Part shown: piece by piece, positions 36,237 through 46,858 of the stretch | Layout: the number at the start of each line of letters is the position of its first letter | Numbering within the stretch: the first letter of the stretch is position 1 | NCBI GenBank assembly: GCA_045634645.1 | Contig: JAZRAQ010000006.1 | Span: forward strand, 10,365-74,364 | Origin: Acutalibacteraceae bacterium | Lineage (GTDB): Bacteria > Bacillota > Clostridia > Oscillospirales > Acutalibacteraceae | DNA: 64,000 bases | Direction of reading: 5' to 3' | Notes under the pieces: generated by a model | Database searches by the model: none | The model's input: the letters and a program-made list of their open reading frames with translations, nothing else | Told to the model about the DNA's origin: nothing | Program-made: the position numbers and the translations under genes

Positions 36237-37088
36237 TTAAATCACCTTGTTTTGTTTTTTCGCTGCTGTTAAAGTGTTTTGCATAAGCATTGCAATAGTC
36301 ATAGGCCCCACTCCGCCTGGCACGGGGGTTATGGCAGAGCATTTGTCTTTTACACTCTCAAAATCCACATCGCCAACCAACTTCCCGTCAACACGGTTTA
36401 TGCCGACATCTATTACAACCGCACCGTCTTTGACCATATCAGCTTTTACAAAATTCGGCTTTCCTACTGCCGCCACCAAAATATCTGCCTTGCGGCAAAC
36501 CTCTTTTAAATTTTCGGTTTTAGAATGACAAACCGTAACCGTACCGTTTTTATGAAGTAAAAGCATACTCATCGGCTTACCAACTATGTTAGACCTACCT
36601 ATTACTACACAAGTTTTACCTGTAATATCTATATTTTCAAAAGCCAGCATTTCCATTATTCCCGCAGGTGTGCAAGGTACAAAATCGTAGTCGCCTAACA
36701 TTATTTTGCCAACATTTGTGGGATGAAAAGCGTCAACATCCTTTTCTGGCGCAACGGCATTTATAACGGCATTTTCGTCCAAATGTTTCGGTAGAGGTAA
36801 TTGACACAAAATACCATTAATGCTCTTTTCTTTATTAAGTGTATCAATCAACGCTAACAATTCCTCTTGGGTTGTATTCTCAGGCAAGGCATATTCTTGC
36901 GAAATTATCCCCAAAGCCTCGCAAGCTTTTTTCTTGTTTGCAACATAAACCTTTGAAGCGGGGTCCTCACCTACAATTATAACCGCAAGGCCGGTTGTAA
37001 TTCCATTTTTCTTCAGGGCTTCAACCTCTTTTTTTACTCTCTCTTTAACACTTGTGGAAATTACCTTACCGTCAATAATTCTATACAT
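36237..37088 (-). CDS. folD: Bifunctional methylenetetrahydrofolate dehydrogenase/cyclohydrolase
   Basis: MYRIIDGKVIS start after GGAGGAAC. Also LAVIIVGEDPASKVYV, PGGVGPMTIAML. Confidence 0.93.
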   Translation of the reverse strand: MYRIIDGKVISTSVKERVKKEVEALKKNGITTGLAVIIVGEDPASKVYVANKKKACEALGIISQEYALPENTTQEELLALIDTLNKEKSINGILCQLPLPKHLDENAVINAVAPEKDVDAFHPTNVGKIMLGDYDFVPCTPAGIMEMLAFENIDITGKTCVVIGRSNIVGKPMSMLLLHKNGTVTVCHSKTENLKEVCRKADILVAAVGKPNFVKADMVKDGAVVIDVGINRVDGKLVGDVDFESVKDKCSAITPVPGGVGPMTIAMLMQNTLTAAKKQNKVI

Positions 37089-37947
37089 CTTGTTCCTCCG
37101 AATTTTCCCCAAACTGACTTACATATTCTTTTTGCGGTTTCAACTTTTTGCGTATTACGATAATTGCAGTAGTGCTTGTGATAAAAAGTAAAAAAGCCAA
37201 AAGACAGGATACGCGAATATTGCCAATCATTAAACTATCGGTTCTGAGTAGTTCAATAAAGCCTCTGCCGAAACCATACCAAGAAAGATACATTAAAAAT
37301 GTTTCGCCGCTGAATTTACGGTTTTTACTTAAATGATGGATAATGAAAAATCCTGCGATACACCAAATCGACTCATACAAAAAGCAAGGATGAACAAGTC
37401 CTTCTCCCATTTCATAAACCGTTCTTTCACTGCTCATTCCCCACCAGCTGCTGCCGGTAAAAGTGCCGTATGCCTCTTGGTTTATAAAGTTGCCCCATCT
37501 GCCAACGCCTTGACCGATAAGAAAACCCAACGCTGCCAAATCGAACATATCCGCAACCTTTATTTTTTTAATTTTACACATCGCAAAACCCGAAACAAAG
37601 GCTCCGATAACACCGCCGTAAATAGCAAGTCCCGAAAATCCCGAAGAATCGCCGAAGCCGAAAAAATCACCGATACTTTGAAGTTTTTCGCCGTCAAATA
37701 TAAGATAATATGTCCTTGCACACAAAATTGCAATAGGTGTTACAACCAATACCGTATCAAGCATCTTATCCTTGTTAATAGAAAATCGCTCTGCATTTTT
37801 AAATCCGTAAATAATCGCGAGCAAAAAGCCCAACGCAATTATTATACCGTACCAATAAATATCCCAGTGATTATTTCCCAACGGGATTGAAAATGCAATA
37901 GGGTTTAATTTTAAATGAATACCAAAAATCGTAATATTATATACCAT
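37081..37947 (-). CDS. lgt: Prolipoprotein diacylglyceryl transferase
   Basis: GRWGNFINQEAYG signature, multi-TM, about 288 aa. Confidence 0.92.
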   Translation of the reverse strand: MVYNITIFGIHLKLNPIAFSIPLGNNHWDIYWYGIIIALGFLLAIIYGFKNAERFSINKDKMLDTVLVVTPIAILCARTYYLIFDGEKLQSIGDFFGFGDSSGFSGLAIYGGVIGAFVSGFAMCKIKKIKVADMFDLAALGFLIGQGVGRWGNFINQEAYGTFTGSSWWGMSSERTVYEMGEGLVHPCFLYESIWCIAGFFIIHHLSKNRKFSGETFLMYLSWYGFGRGFIELLRTDSLMIGNIRVSCLLAFLLFITSTTAIIVIRKKLKPQKEYVSQFGENSEEQDV

Positions 37948-37948
37948 T

Positions 37949-39220
37949 TTAATTCCCTCTGTTTTTTGGATTAATTACCGAAAGCACAGTTTTATCATTA
38001 TCTAACAAATCAAGTCTTTTGTAAACATCATCAACTGTAATTGATTTTAAATATTTTATATCATCAAAAAGGCAACTGTCATTCATAGCACAATCAGCCA
38101 ACTGCATTGCTATACCTTCAACACTATTAAAAATTCTGATTGCATTGCCGTAAAGACCGCACCTTACAGCCGAGAACAATTTTTTATCTATACCCTCAGC
38201 TTTTAATCTTGCTACTTCTTGTTTTATTTCTTCGGCCACTGCTTTAGGATTATTGGACTCACCCTCAAAAATTACCGCCGCATAACCCTCGCCAACGAAA
38301 TATTCAAAAGAAAATTCATCATTAATAAGTCCGTCATTAGTGAGTTTTTTATAAAGCGGTGAAGCATCGCCTGCAATAATTTCAAGCAAAACTGCAGTAC
38401 AAACACGGTTTTTCACGCTTCGCTTTTTATCTGCATTTTCCTTGTAACCAAAGCAAAACATCGGTTGCGCAACCTCTAAATTTTGCTCAACATAATCCAC
38501 CTTTACGACATCTTCTTCATTGGGCATAATGCGAACAATTTCCTTTTTGTCGCAAGGCTTGATTGACTTTTCAACCATTTCGAGTATTTTTTCGGTATTA
38601 ACATTACCCGCAATACACAAAAACATATTTGAAGGGTTGTAAAAAGTGTTATAGCATTTATAAAGCAACCCGGCATTAATTTGGGAAATGGATTTCACAG
38701 TGCCCGCAATATCTATTCTGACGGGGTGATTTTTATACATAGCCAGAAGCATATTAAACATAACGCGCCAAGCGGGGCTATCATCATACATAGTAATTTC
38801 CTGACCTATGATACCCTGTTCCTTTTGAACTGTAGCCTCGGTAAAATAGGGCGACTGCACAAAATTTAAAAGGATATCCAGATTTTCATAAAATCTATTA
38901 GAACAAGAAAATAAATAACAGGTCTTATCAAAAGATGTAAATGCGTTAGCATAAGCGCCCGTTTCGGCATATTTTGTAAAGGCGTCCCCATCCTCACTTT
39001 CAAAAAGCTTATGCTCTAAAAAATGGGCAATACCCTCAGGTACCTCGCATTTTTCACCGTCCACCGAAAAACAGTTATCTATCGAGCCGTACTTAGTTCC
39101 AAAGAGTGCATAAGCGGTATTATACTGAGGCTTTTCCAAAATATAAATTTTAAGTCCCGATGAATGTTCTGCTAAAATATAACTTTCTCCAATTTCGCTT
39201 TCGAAATATTTTTTTAGCAT
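37949..39220 (-). CDS. M16 family zinc peptidase (catalytically competent subunit)
   Basis: Inverted zinc motif HFLEHKLFE (HxxEH). Confidence 0.85.
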   Translation of the reverse strand: MLKKYFESEIGESYILAEHSSGLKIYILEKPQYNTAYALFGTKYGSIDNCFSVDGEKCEVPEGIAHFLEHKLFESEDGDAFTKYAETGAYANAFTSFDKTCYLFSCSNRFYENLDILLNFVQSPYFTEATVQKEQGIIGQEITMYDDSPAWRVMFNMLLAMYKNHPVRIDIAGTVKSISQINAGLLYKCYNTFYNPSNMFLCIAGNVNTEKILEMVEKSIKPCDKKEIVRIMPNEEDVVKVDYVEQNLEVAQPMFCFGYKENADKKRSVKNRVCTAVLLEIIAGDASPLYKKLTNDGLINDEFSFEYFVGEGYAAVIFEGESNNPKAVAEEIKQEVARLKAEGIDKKLFSAVRCGLYGNAIRIFNSVEGIAMQLADCAMNDSCLFDDIKYLKSITVDDVYKRLDLLDNDKTVLSVINPKNRGN

Positions 39221-40497
39221 ATCGGTCCCTCCTTGGGCAACAATTTGAAAACTGTGTGTAATTTTACACCTTTTGCGGCGTAAATTACATCCTCGCGTGT
39301 GATTTTTTTAATTTTTTCTGCGATATCCTCAGGCGAATAAAGATTATCATTATTCACCTTTAACGCATACCATAAATCAAGGGAGTTTTGACTGTCATTA
39401 TATCCATTAAGCGAATCGCAAATGCTTTTAACAGAAGACTCAAATTCAAAATCCGAAAACTCGCCATTTTTAATTATTTCAAGCTGATTTAAAATTTCAT
39501 TCTGCGCCTTTTCGGCATTTTCAAATTCAACACCCGAATCAACCGTAATAAGCCCCTTGTATCTGACCGACGAAGCCGAACAGTAATAACAAAGACTCAT
39601 TTTTTCACGCACGTTTGAAAAAAGTCTCGAATAAGGTCCGCCGCCGAAAATATCACACATAACCATTAACGGCAAGGATATATCATCATTTCCGTATAAT
39701 TCACTGGAAAATCCCATAACAAGCTTGCCTTGTTTTACGTCCATTTTTTCAAATACGGTTTTAGGCTTATCGGTTGCCTTTGTAGGCATACATAATTTGC
39801 AGTCCGTTATATTGAAACGGTCAATATTTTCGAATTTTTCACCAATATCCTCAAACAAACGGTTGGGAATAGCCGCCCCCACAACATGAACCCGCACAAA
39901 AGCCGTTGACAGCATATTTTCCCAAGCTTTATAAAGGCTTTTGCCTGTAATTTTTTCAACCTGCTCAGCAGTACCGCATTTTGGGATACCGTAAGCGCTG
40001 TCTTTATACATTTCACTTATAAGACGGTTTTTAGCGTAAATTCGCTTTTCAGCAATTTCACCTTTAATATGTTCAATCGCCTTGCGTTTTTCACGCTCAA
40101 CATCCATTTCTAAAAACTCACCGTTTTCGATATTGGGATTAAAAATCAAGCCCAATAAAAGTTCACTTGCCTGTTTTACCAAAGAATCACTGTCAAAGGT
40201 AAACTTATCGTTTATAACCGAAACTCTCATTCTTAAAAGCTGACAGTCGCCGTATTTTTCGGTACTTGCGTCAAGCCTTGCTCCGTATAACTTATTCAAC
40301 TTGTAATTCAAAGCCGAAAAGTCAGGATATTTCTTTCCGCAAGAGGTAAGAATAAATGGAAGCAGTGCATTTTCTGCCACAGTTTCTTGCTTTAAGGGTA
40401 AATAAAAATTATACGAAATACTTGTTGTATTAAATCTTGCATTTTCTATAAATAACCCTTCAATCCCGTTTTTAAGGGTAACTTTTTTCTTAAGCAT
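39214..40497 (-). CDS. M16 family peptidase-like protein lacking the HxxEH motif (probable non-catalytic partner)
   Basis: M16 fold-like length and pattern, but the equivalent N-terminal region (ALLPFILTSCG) has no HxxEH. ATG at 40497 lies 6 nt after GGGAGA. Confidence 0.7.
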   Translation of the reverse strand: MLKKKVTLKNGIEGLFIENARFNTTSISYNFYLPLKQETVAENALLPFILTSCGKKYPDFSALNYKLNKLYGARLDASTEKYGDCQLLRMRVSVINDKFTFDSDSLVKQASELLLGLIFNPNIENGEFLEMDVEREKRKAIEHIKGEIAEKRIYAKNRLISEMYKDSAYGIPKCGTAEQVEKITGKSLYKAWENMLSTAFVRVHVVGAAIPNRLFEDIGEKFENIDRFNITDCKLCMPTKATDKPKTVFEKMDVKQGKLVMGFSSELYGNDDISLPLMVMCDIFGGGPYSRLFSNVREKMSLCYYCSASSVRYKGLITVDSGVEFENAEKAQNEILNQLEIIKNGEFSDFEFESSVKSICDSLNGYNDSQNSLDLWYALKVNNDNLYSPEDIAEKIKKITREDVIYAAKGVKLHTVFKLLPKEGPIC

Positions 40498-40620
40498 TAC
40501 CATTCTCCCTTTCACTAAAGGTTAATTGTATTTATTTTACCACATATATGACATTTTTTCTACTATTAATTGCAAATTGCAAAATAATATGTTAAAATTA
40601 TTTTTTAAAGGAGGGATTAT

Positions 40621-42153
40621 ATGAAAAGACAAACTAAACGCGGTATAAGAATACAAAACCGTTTTATAATTTCTGCATTCTTATTGTTAGTACAGTTATT
40701 ATTCCTCTTTGCTTTACTTTATGATTTTACATTAGGCTCCGCCTGGTCGTTGGCGGCATCATCGCTTTTGGGCGCTGCAACCTCCATTTTCATACTGAAC
40801 AAGCGTGGAAACCCTGACCATAAGGTTGGTTGGATTATCTTTATACTTTTATTTCCCATTTTCGGTATTTCGGTCTATCTGCTATGGGGTGGCGGCAGAG
40901 TTTTACCCTCCTTAAAGAAAAAAATGCGCATTGCCGAGTCTCATTATATCCCCTATTTAAAAGTCAACCATGATACTGACGACCATATAAAGTATTTTGA
41001 TTTAACACACTCCCGCCAAGCTGATTATCTGATGAATGAATCAGGGTATCCTCTATACGATAATACTTCTGCTGAATACTTGCCCTCAGGGGAACGTTTT
41101 TTTGACCGCTTATTAGAAGAACTTGGAAAAGCGGAAAAATATATCTACTTTGAATTTTTCATTATAGCTGAAGGCTATATGTGGCAAAAAATTTACGAAA
41201 TATTAAAAACTAAAGCTCAAAACGGCGTTGAGGTTAAGGTTATATTTGACGATTTCGGTTCTATAAGACGGCAACGCAAAGGTTTTTTAACAAATTTACG
41301 AAATGCTGGCATCGAGGTTTCGGTTTTTAATCCTATTTATCCTCTTTTCAATAACTTCTTAAACAACCGAAATCACAGAAAAATCGTAGTTATAGACGGT
41401 AAGATTGCCTTTACGGGCGGCGTAAACATAGGCGACGAATATATCAACCGTGAAATGCGTTTCGGACACTGGATGGACAGCGGTGTTATTTTAAAAGGAG
41501 ACGCGGTCAAAAGCTTTGTTTGTATGTTTCTTAATATGTGGGAATTTATAACAGGGAAACAGATTGACGTTGAAAATCACTTTGCAGAAAGCAACACGAT
41601 AGATGACGGCTTTGCACTTCCTTACTGTGATGGTCCTTTGAATGACCGCAATCCTGCAGAAGGCTTGTATATGCAAATTCTCAACTCGGCGCAAAAATAC
41701 GTTTACATTATGACTCCGTATCTCATAATTGATAATATGATGACCGCAGCACTATGTTTAGCAGCAAAATCAGGGATTGAGGTTTGTATTATAACTCCTC
41801 ATATTCCCGATAAAACTTATGTTCATAATGTTACTCAATATAACTATTTAGAATTATTAAATGCAGGTGTTAAAATTTACGAATACACGCCAGGTTTTTT
41901 ACATTCAAAAGTTTTCTTGTCTGACGATTGTGTTGCAACTGTCGGCTCGGTTAATATGGATTATAGGAGCTTTGTTTTTCACTTCGAATGCGGCGTGTGG
42001 ATTTGCAATAAACAAACCGCGCTTGATATTAAGCAACATTTTCGTGAAGTTTTGGCAGTTTCAAAAGAAATAAAGCTTGAAGAATGGAAAAAGCGACCGA
42101 TTTTCACCCGTATCAAGCAAGGTTTTTTACGCATTTTCGGACCTTTAATGTAA
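40621..42153 (+). CDS. cls: Cardiolipin synthase (PLD superfamily)
   Basis: Two HKD motifs (NHRKIVVIDG, LHSKVFLSDD) and two N-terminal TMs. Confidence 0.92.
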   Translation: MKRQTKRGIRIQNRFIISAFLLLVQLLFLFALLYDFTLGSAWSLAASSLLGAATSIFILNKRGNPDHKVGWIIFILLFPIFGISVYLLWGGGRVLPSLKKKMRIAESHYIPYLKVNHDTDDHIKYFDLTHSRQADYLMNESGYPLYDNTSAEYLPSGERFFDRLLEELGKAEKYIYFEFFIIAEGYMWQKIYEILKTKAQNGVEVKVIFDDFGSIRRQRKGFLTNLRNAGIEVSVFNPIYPLFNNFLNNRNHRKIVVIDGKIAFTGGVNIGDEYINREMRFGHWMDSGVILKGDAVKSFVCMFLNMWEFITGKQIDVENHFAESNTIDDGFALPYCDGPLNDRNPAEGLYMQILNSAQKYVYIMTPYLIIDNMMTAALCLAAKSGIEVCIITPHIPDKTYVHNVTQYNYLELLNAGVKIYEYTPGFLHSKVFLSDDCVATVGSVNMDYRSFVFHFECGVWICNKQTALDIKQHFREVLAVSKEIKLEEWKKRPIFTRIKQGFLRIFGPLM

Positions 42154-42182
42154 TTGACAATTTTAAAAATATTTGATATAAT
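42154..42182 (+). promoter_or_regulatory. Consensus sigma-A promoter for the small ORF
   Basis: TTGACA (42154-42159), 17-nt spacer ending in TG-n, TATAAT (42177-42182). Confidence 0.65.
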
Positions 42183-42211
42183 AAATCAAACAAAAGAAAG
42201 GCGGTTTCAAT

Positions 42212-42358
42212 ATGAAAGGTTTTTTAAAATTTTTAATCTCATTGTTTGCACTTTTCGGCGCTGCTATTGGTGCGCTTGCTGTTTTTGATAATATAAAAAA
42301 TAAAAACCGCATAAAAGGTGACTATTTAGAAGTTTACGACACGGACATTCAGGAATAA
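42212..42358 (+). CDS. 48-aa small membrane protein, below the ORF-track length cut-off
   Basis: Translates as MKGFLKFLISLFALFGAAIGALAVFDNIKNKNRIKGDYLEVYDTDIQE. RBS GAAAGGCGG. Has its own consensus promoter and terminator. Confidence 0.55.
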   Translation: MKGFLKFLISLFALFGAAIGALAVFDNIKNKNRIKGDYLEVYDTDIQE

Positions 42359-42365
42359 TTTTAAA

Positions 42366-42392
42366 AGGGCTTCACATTGAGGCTCTTTTTTG
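42366..42392 (+). terminator. Rho-independent terminator after the small ORF
   Basis: AGGGCTTCA-CAT-TGAGGCTCT (with G:U pairs) followed by TTTTTT. Confidence 0.6.
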
Positions 42393-42572
42393 TTCCCTAA
42401 AAATACCTATTTTTTGTCACTTTTGCCAAACTTTCTTTGTAATTAAATAATTTTAACGATTTTTTTATGCGAATTGCACAAAAATTTCCCAAATTATACT
42501 ATACGTAGTGACTTGAAAAATATTAATTATTGTTGTATAATAAATCATCACTTAATTCGAGGGGATTTCTTT

Positions 42573-44975
42573 ATGAAAAATATTACTCCATCAAAGCTTT
42601 CAGCTTTAATCGAGAAAAAACTTTCTCACAATTTCGGTGTTACACCCGAACAAGCTTCCGATGAACTTTTTTACAAGGCCAGTGTTTTAGCATTGCTTGA
42701 AATAATGAATGAACGCCGCGCCGAGTTTAAAAAATCCATACACGAACAGCAGGCAAAAACCGTTTACTATTTAAGTATGGAATTTTTGATGGGCCGTTCT
42801 TTCAAAACCAATCTTTACAATTTAGAACTTACCGATACGATGGCAAAGGCGCTCAAGAAATTCAATGTAAAGCTTGATAACCTTTTTGAATTAGAACCTG
42901 ATGCCGGACTTGGAAACGGCGGTTTAGGAAGACTTGCCGCCTGCTTTTTAGACGCTCTTTCAAGCGGCGGTTACTCCGCAATGGGCTATTGCATCCGCTA
43001 TGAATTAGGTATTTTCCGCCAAAACCTTGTTGACGGTTGGCAGACCGAAATGCCTGACTTTTGGCTTCCGGGCGGCAGTGTTTGGCTTGAAGCTAAACCC
43101 GGCTCTGCAGTAGACGTTAATTTTGACGGATATGTTAACGACTGGTGGGACAACGGAATCCACCGTGTTGAATACAATAATTACAAAACCGTTCGCGCTG
43201 TACCTTACGACCTTATGGTTGCCGGTAAGGACGGTAAAACCGTTAACGCCCTTCGCCTTTGGAGCGCTGAATGTCACGATTTTGATATGTCTGCATTCAA
43301 TCAAGGTGACTATCTGCGCGCAGTTGAGCAACGCGCAATGGCAGAAAATATTTCAAAGATTTTATATCCTGCAGACAATCATATTGAAGGTAAATCTTTA
43401 AGACTTCGTCAACAATATTTCTTGGTATCGGCTTCCATTCAAGATATATTAAACCGCCATTTAAGGCATTACAACACACTTGAAAACCTGCCCGAAAAGG
43501 TAGCTATTCATATTAACGATACCCACCCAACCCTATCAATTCCGGAACTTATGCGCTTCCTTTTAGACGAATGCGGTTATTCGTGGGAAAAGGCTTGGAA
43601 AATCGTTACGGGCACCGTTGCATATACAAACCACACAATTATGCAAGAGGCGTTAGAATGTTGGTCGGAAGAACTTATCAAAGAAAGACTTCCCCGTATT
43701 TACCAAATCATCAAGGAAATTGACAATCGCTATCGTCAGGAAGTTATTGCAAAAACAGGCGACTTTGACCTTGCGGAGCGTACCGCAATCGTTTCTAACG
43801 GTGTTGTAAGAATGGCAAATCTTTGTGTTGCTGCCTGTCATTCAGTAAACGGTGTTTCAAAGCTTCACAGCAAAATTATCGTAGATGAACTTTTCAAAGA
43901 TTACTCTTCTATGACCCCCGAAAAATTCAAAAACGTTACTAACGGTATTGCTCACAGACGTTGGCTATGTTGCGCCAATCCACAACTCACCTCTTTCTTG
44001 AGCGAAACAATTGGTGACGATTTTATTAAAGATGCCAGAAATCTCGAAAAGCTTATGGCTTTTGAAAACGACAAACAGGTGTTAGACCGCTTGGCAGAAA
44101 TTAAGCGTAATAATAAACTTCGTTTTGCAAAATATGTTAAGGATACCCACGGCGTTATCTTAAATCCTGACTCTATATTCGATATGCAGGTTAAGCGCTT
44201 GCACGAATATAAGCGTCAACACCTTAACGTTTTGAATATTATCAGCGAATACCTGTTCATAAAGAACAATCCAAACGCCCCCTTTACACCTAAAACCTAT
44301 ATTTTCGGCGCTAAGGCGGCTCCGGGTTACTTGTTTGCAAAACAGATTATTCAGATGATTTACAAACTATCAACCGTGCTGGAAAACGACCCGCAAGTTA
44401 AGGATAAATTAAAAATCTTCTTCTTGCAGGATTACCGTGTTACCATGGCTGAATTGATGATTCCCTCTGCTGATATAAGCGAGCAAATTTCGTTAGCATC
44501 AACCGAGGCTTCGGGAACCGGTAATATGAAACTTATGATGAACGGTGCCGTAACCTTAGGCACTGAAGACGGTGCAAACGTTGAAATTCATAAAGCAGTA
44601 GGAGACGATAATATTATTATCTTCGGTATGCATACACCTGAAGTTTTAACATTGCAAAAGAGCGGATATTCGCCTTATGAATATTACAATAACAACGCCG
44701 AATTGCGCCAGGCACTTGACTTTATAGGCGCGGGCTTTGCGGGACAAAACTTTAACGATATTTATTATTCTCTCAAAAATCACGATAATTATATGGCGTT
44801 GGCAGACTTCTCTGACTACCGTAATGCTCAAAGCAAGGCTTCTGCGCTTTATAGCGACCGTGACACATGGAATAAAATGTCACTTACAAACATTGCAAAA
44901 TCAGGCATTTTTGCCGCAGACCGTTCAATAGAAGATTACGCAAGAGATATTTGGAAGGTTGACCCTATTAAATAG
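42573..44975 (+). CDS. glgP: Glycogen/maltodextrin phosphorylase
   Basis: PLP-lysine motif EASGTGNMKLMMNGA and GLGNGGLGRLAACFLDA. ATG at 42573 follows GAGGGGA. TTGAAA-17-TATAAT promoter at 42513-42541. Confidence 0.93.
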   Translation: MKNITPSKLSALIEKKLSHNFGVTPEQASDELFYKASVLALLEIMNERRAEFKKSIHEQQAKTVYYLSMEFLMGRSFKTNLYNLELTDTMAKALKKFNVKLDNLFELEPDAGLGNGGLGRLAACFLDALSSGGYSAMGYCIRYELGIFRQNLVDGWQTEMPDFWLPGGSVWLEAKPGSAVDVNFDGYVNDWWDNGIHRVEYNNYKTVRAVPYDLMVAGKDGKTVNALRLWSAECHDFDMSAFNQGDYLRAVEQRAMAENISKILYPADNHIEGKSLRLRQQYFLVSASIQDILNRHLRHYNTLENLPEKVAIHINDTHPTLSIPELMRFLLDECGYSWEKAWKIVTGTVAYTNHTIMQEALECWSEELIKERLPRIYQIIKEIDNRYRQEVIAKTGDFDLAERTAIVSNGVVRMANLCVAACHSVNGVSKLHSKIIVDELFKDYSSMTPEKFKNVTNGIAHRRWLCCANPQLTSFLSETIGDDFIKDARNLEKLMAFENDKQVLDRLAEIKRNNKLRFAKYVKDTHGVILNPDSIFDMQVKRLHEYKRQHLNVLNIISEYLFIKNNPNAPFTPKTYIFGAKAAPGYLFAKQIIQMIYKLSTVLENDPQVKDKLKIFFLQDYRVTMAELMIPSADISEQISLASTEASGTGNMKLMMNGAVTLGTEDGANVEIHKAVGDDNIIIFGMHTPEVLTLQKSGYSPYEYYNNNAELRQALDFIGAGFAGQNFNDIYYSLKNHDNYMALADFSDYRNAQSKASALYSDRDTWNKMSLTNIAKSGIFAADRSIEDYARDIWKVDPIK

Positions 44976-44977
44976 TT

Positions 44978-46837
44978 ATGAATTACTATCCTTTTGATTC
45001 AAGAAATCCTTTATACCGTGACAAATTCGGAGCTTTAGCCGAGGGGGATACCCTTCGGCTAAAGTTGTTGTTGCATAACAGCAACAAAGTAAATAAAGCA
45101 TTTTTAAGAATTCAAAATGATGCCACTAGCCAAACTCAGTTGATAGAGATGCGCCCTGCCGATACGCTTGAAGATTACCGTTTTTATGAATGTGATTTGC
45201 AACTGAACGAGGGTATTTACTGGTATTCCTTTAAATACCTGACTTTGCACGGAGAATTTTTTGTCACAAAAGACGAGCATTCTTTAGGTATCGTTTCTCC
45301 AAGAGGAAATTCTTGGCAGATTACAGTTTACAAAAAAGATTACACCACACCCGATTGGTTGGACGGCGGAATTATATATCAAATATTCCCAGACAGATTT
45401 TATAATTCGGGTTCCAAAAAGAAAAATGTACCAAATGACCGATATATCGTTAAGGACTGGTCGAAACAACCCGAATACGAGCAAAAAGATAAAATCAAAT
45501 GTCTCGGAAACGACTATTACGGCGGTGACCTTTTAGGTATCAAGAAAAAGTTGCCCTATTTAAAATCCCTGGGAGTCAACTGCATTTACTTAAACCCCAT
45601 TTTTGAGGCTCACTCCAACCACCGCTATAACACCGCCGACTATATGAAAATTGACCCGCTTTTAGGAACCGAAAAAGATTTGGAATCTCTTGTGAAAGCG
45701 GCGGAAAAAACAGGAATTTACATTATTTTGGACGGTGTTTTCTCTCACACGGGCGATGATAGCATTTACTTTAACAAATATAGCCGATATGAAAGTAACG
45801 GCGCATATAACAGTGAAAACTCTCCCTATTCAAGTTGGTATTGTTTTAATGGCAGCCGCGATGATTACAAGGCTTGGTGGGGTGTTTCAACACTTCCCGA
45901 AACCAACGAAAACGACCCTGCCTTTACCGAATTTATTACAGGCGAAAACGGTGTTATAAAATATTGGCTAAAAAAAGGCATTAAAGGTTTCAGACTTGAT
46001 GTTGCGGACGAATTACCCGATGAATTTTTGGATAAAATCCGCAACGCTTTAAAAAGCGAGAGTCAACACAACTACCTTTTAGGCGAAGTTTGGGAAGACG
46101 CCACCAACAAAATCAGTTATGATAAAAGACGCCGATTTTTACGTGGCAATCAGTTAGATTCGGTTATGAATTATCCCTTTGCAAATGCAATTATAAGCTA
46201 TTTAAAGGGCGGTAATTCCCGAGATTTAATTGATACAGTTTTAGATATTTTAGAAAATTATCCACCGCAAGCGGTGAAACTCTTGATGAACCACATCGGC
46301 ACTCACGACACGCCAAGAATTTTAACCGTTTTAGGTAGTGAAAAAGAATACAAATCTGACCGCGAATGGCAGTCCAAACAAACCCTATCGGAAGAAGAAT
46401 ATAAAAAAGGCGTTAGTCTTTTAAAGGTTGCGGCGGTTTTACAATATACTCTTCCGGGTATTCCATCACTCTATTACGGAGATGAAGCAGGGCTTTCAGG
46501 ATACGGCGACCCATTTTGCCGCGCAACATATCCTTGGGGCAAGGAAGACCCCGAACTGTTGGAATTTTACAAAAAATTGGGCAAATTCCGCCGTCAAAGC
46601 GATGTTTTCGTTTCGGGCGAATTTTATCCCGTATATGCAAATTTCGGCGAAATCGTCTATTTAAGAAAGAGCGAAAATTCCTCTGTTTTAGTAGCAGTCA
46701 GCCGTTGGCACCAAGAAACAACCGTTACTATACCAAGCGAATTTGAAAACGCAAAGGTTATTTTCGGCAACAAGCCTGACGCTCAAAACCTCACCTTAAA
46801 TCCTTACGGATATACAATATTAGAACTAAAAAAGTGA
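44978..46837 (+). CDS. GH13 alpha-amylase family enzyme (neopullulanase/cyclomaltodextrinase-like)
   Basis: Conserved regions DGVFSHT, GFRLDVADE, GEVWED and NHIGTHD. N-terminal beta-sandwich-like domain. Confidence 0.88.
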   Translation: MNYYPFDSRNPLYRDKFGALAEGDTLRLKLLLHNSNKVNKAFLRIQNDATSQTQLIEMRPADTLEDYRFYECDLQLNEGIYWYSFKYLTLHGEFFVTKDEHSLGIVSPRGNSWQITVYKKDYTTPDWLDGGIIYQIFPDRFYNSGSKKKNVPNDRYIVKDWSKQPEYEQKDKIKCLGNDYYGGDLLGIKKKLPYLKSLGVNCIYLNPIFEAHSNHRYNTADYMKIDPLLGTEKDLESLVKAAEKTGIYIILDGVFSHTGDDSIYFNKYSRYESNGAYNSENSPYSSWYCFNGSRDDYKAWWGVSTLPETNENDPAFTEFITGENGVIKYWLKKGIKGFRLDVADELPDEFLDKIRNALKSESQHNYLLGEVWEDATNKISYDKRRRFLRGNQLDSVMNYPFANAIISYLKGGNSRDLIDTVLDILENYPPQAVKLLMNHIGTHDTPRILTVLGSEKEYKSDREWQSKQTLSEEEYKKGVSLLKVAAVLQYTLPGIPSLYYGDEAGLSGYGDPFCRATYPWGKEDPELLEFYKKLGKFRRQSDVFVSGEFYPVYANFGEIVYLRKSENSSVLVAVSRWHQETTVTIPSEFENAKVIFGNKPDAQNLTLNPYGYTILELKK

Positions 46838-46858
46838 CCTTTCAAAAAGGTCACTTTT
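46830..46858. terminator. Bidirectional terminator overlapping both convergent stop codons
   Basis: AAAAGTGACCTT-TCAAA-AAGGTCACTTTT. Confidence 0.8.

Noticed and set aside
37333-37890. 185-aa plus-strand ORF
   Set aside because: It is antisense to lgt, has no recognisable motifs and is basic low-complexity sequence.
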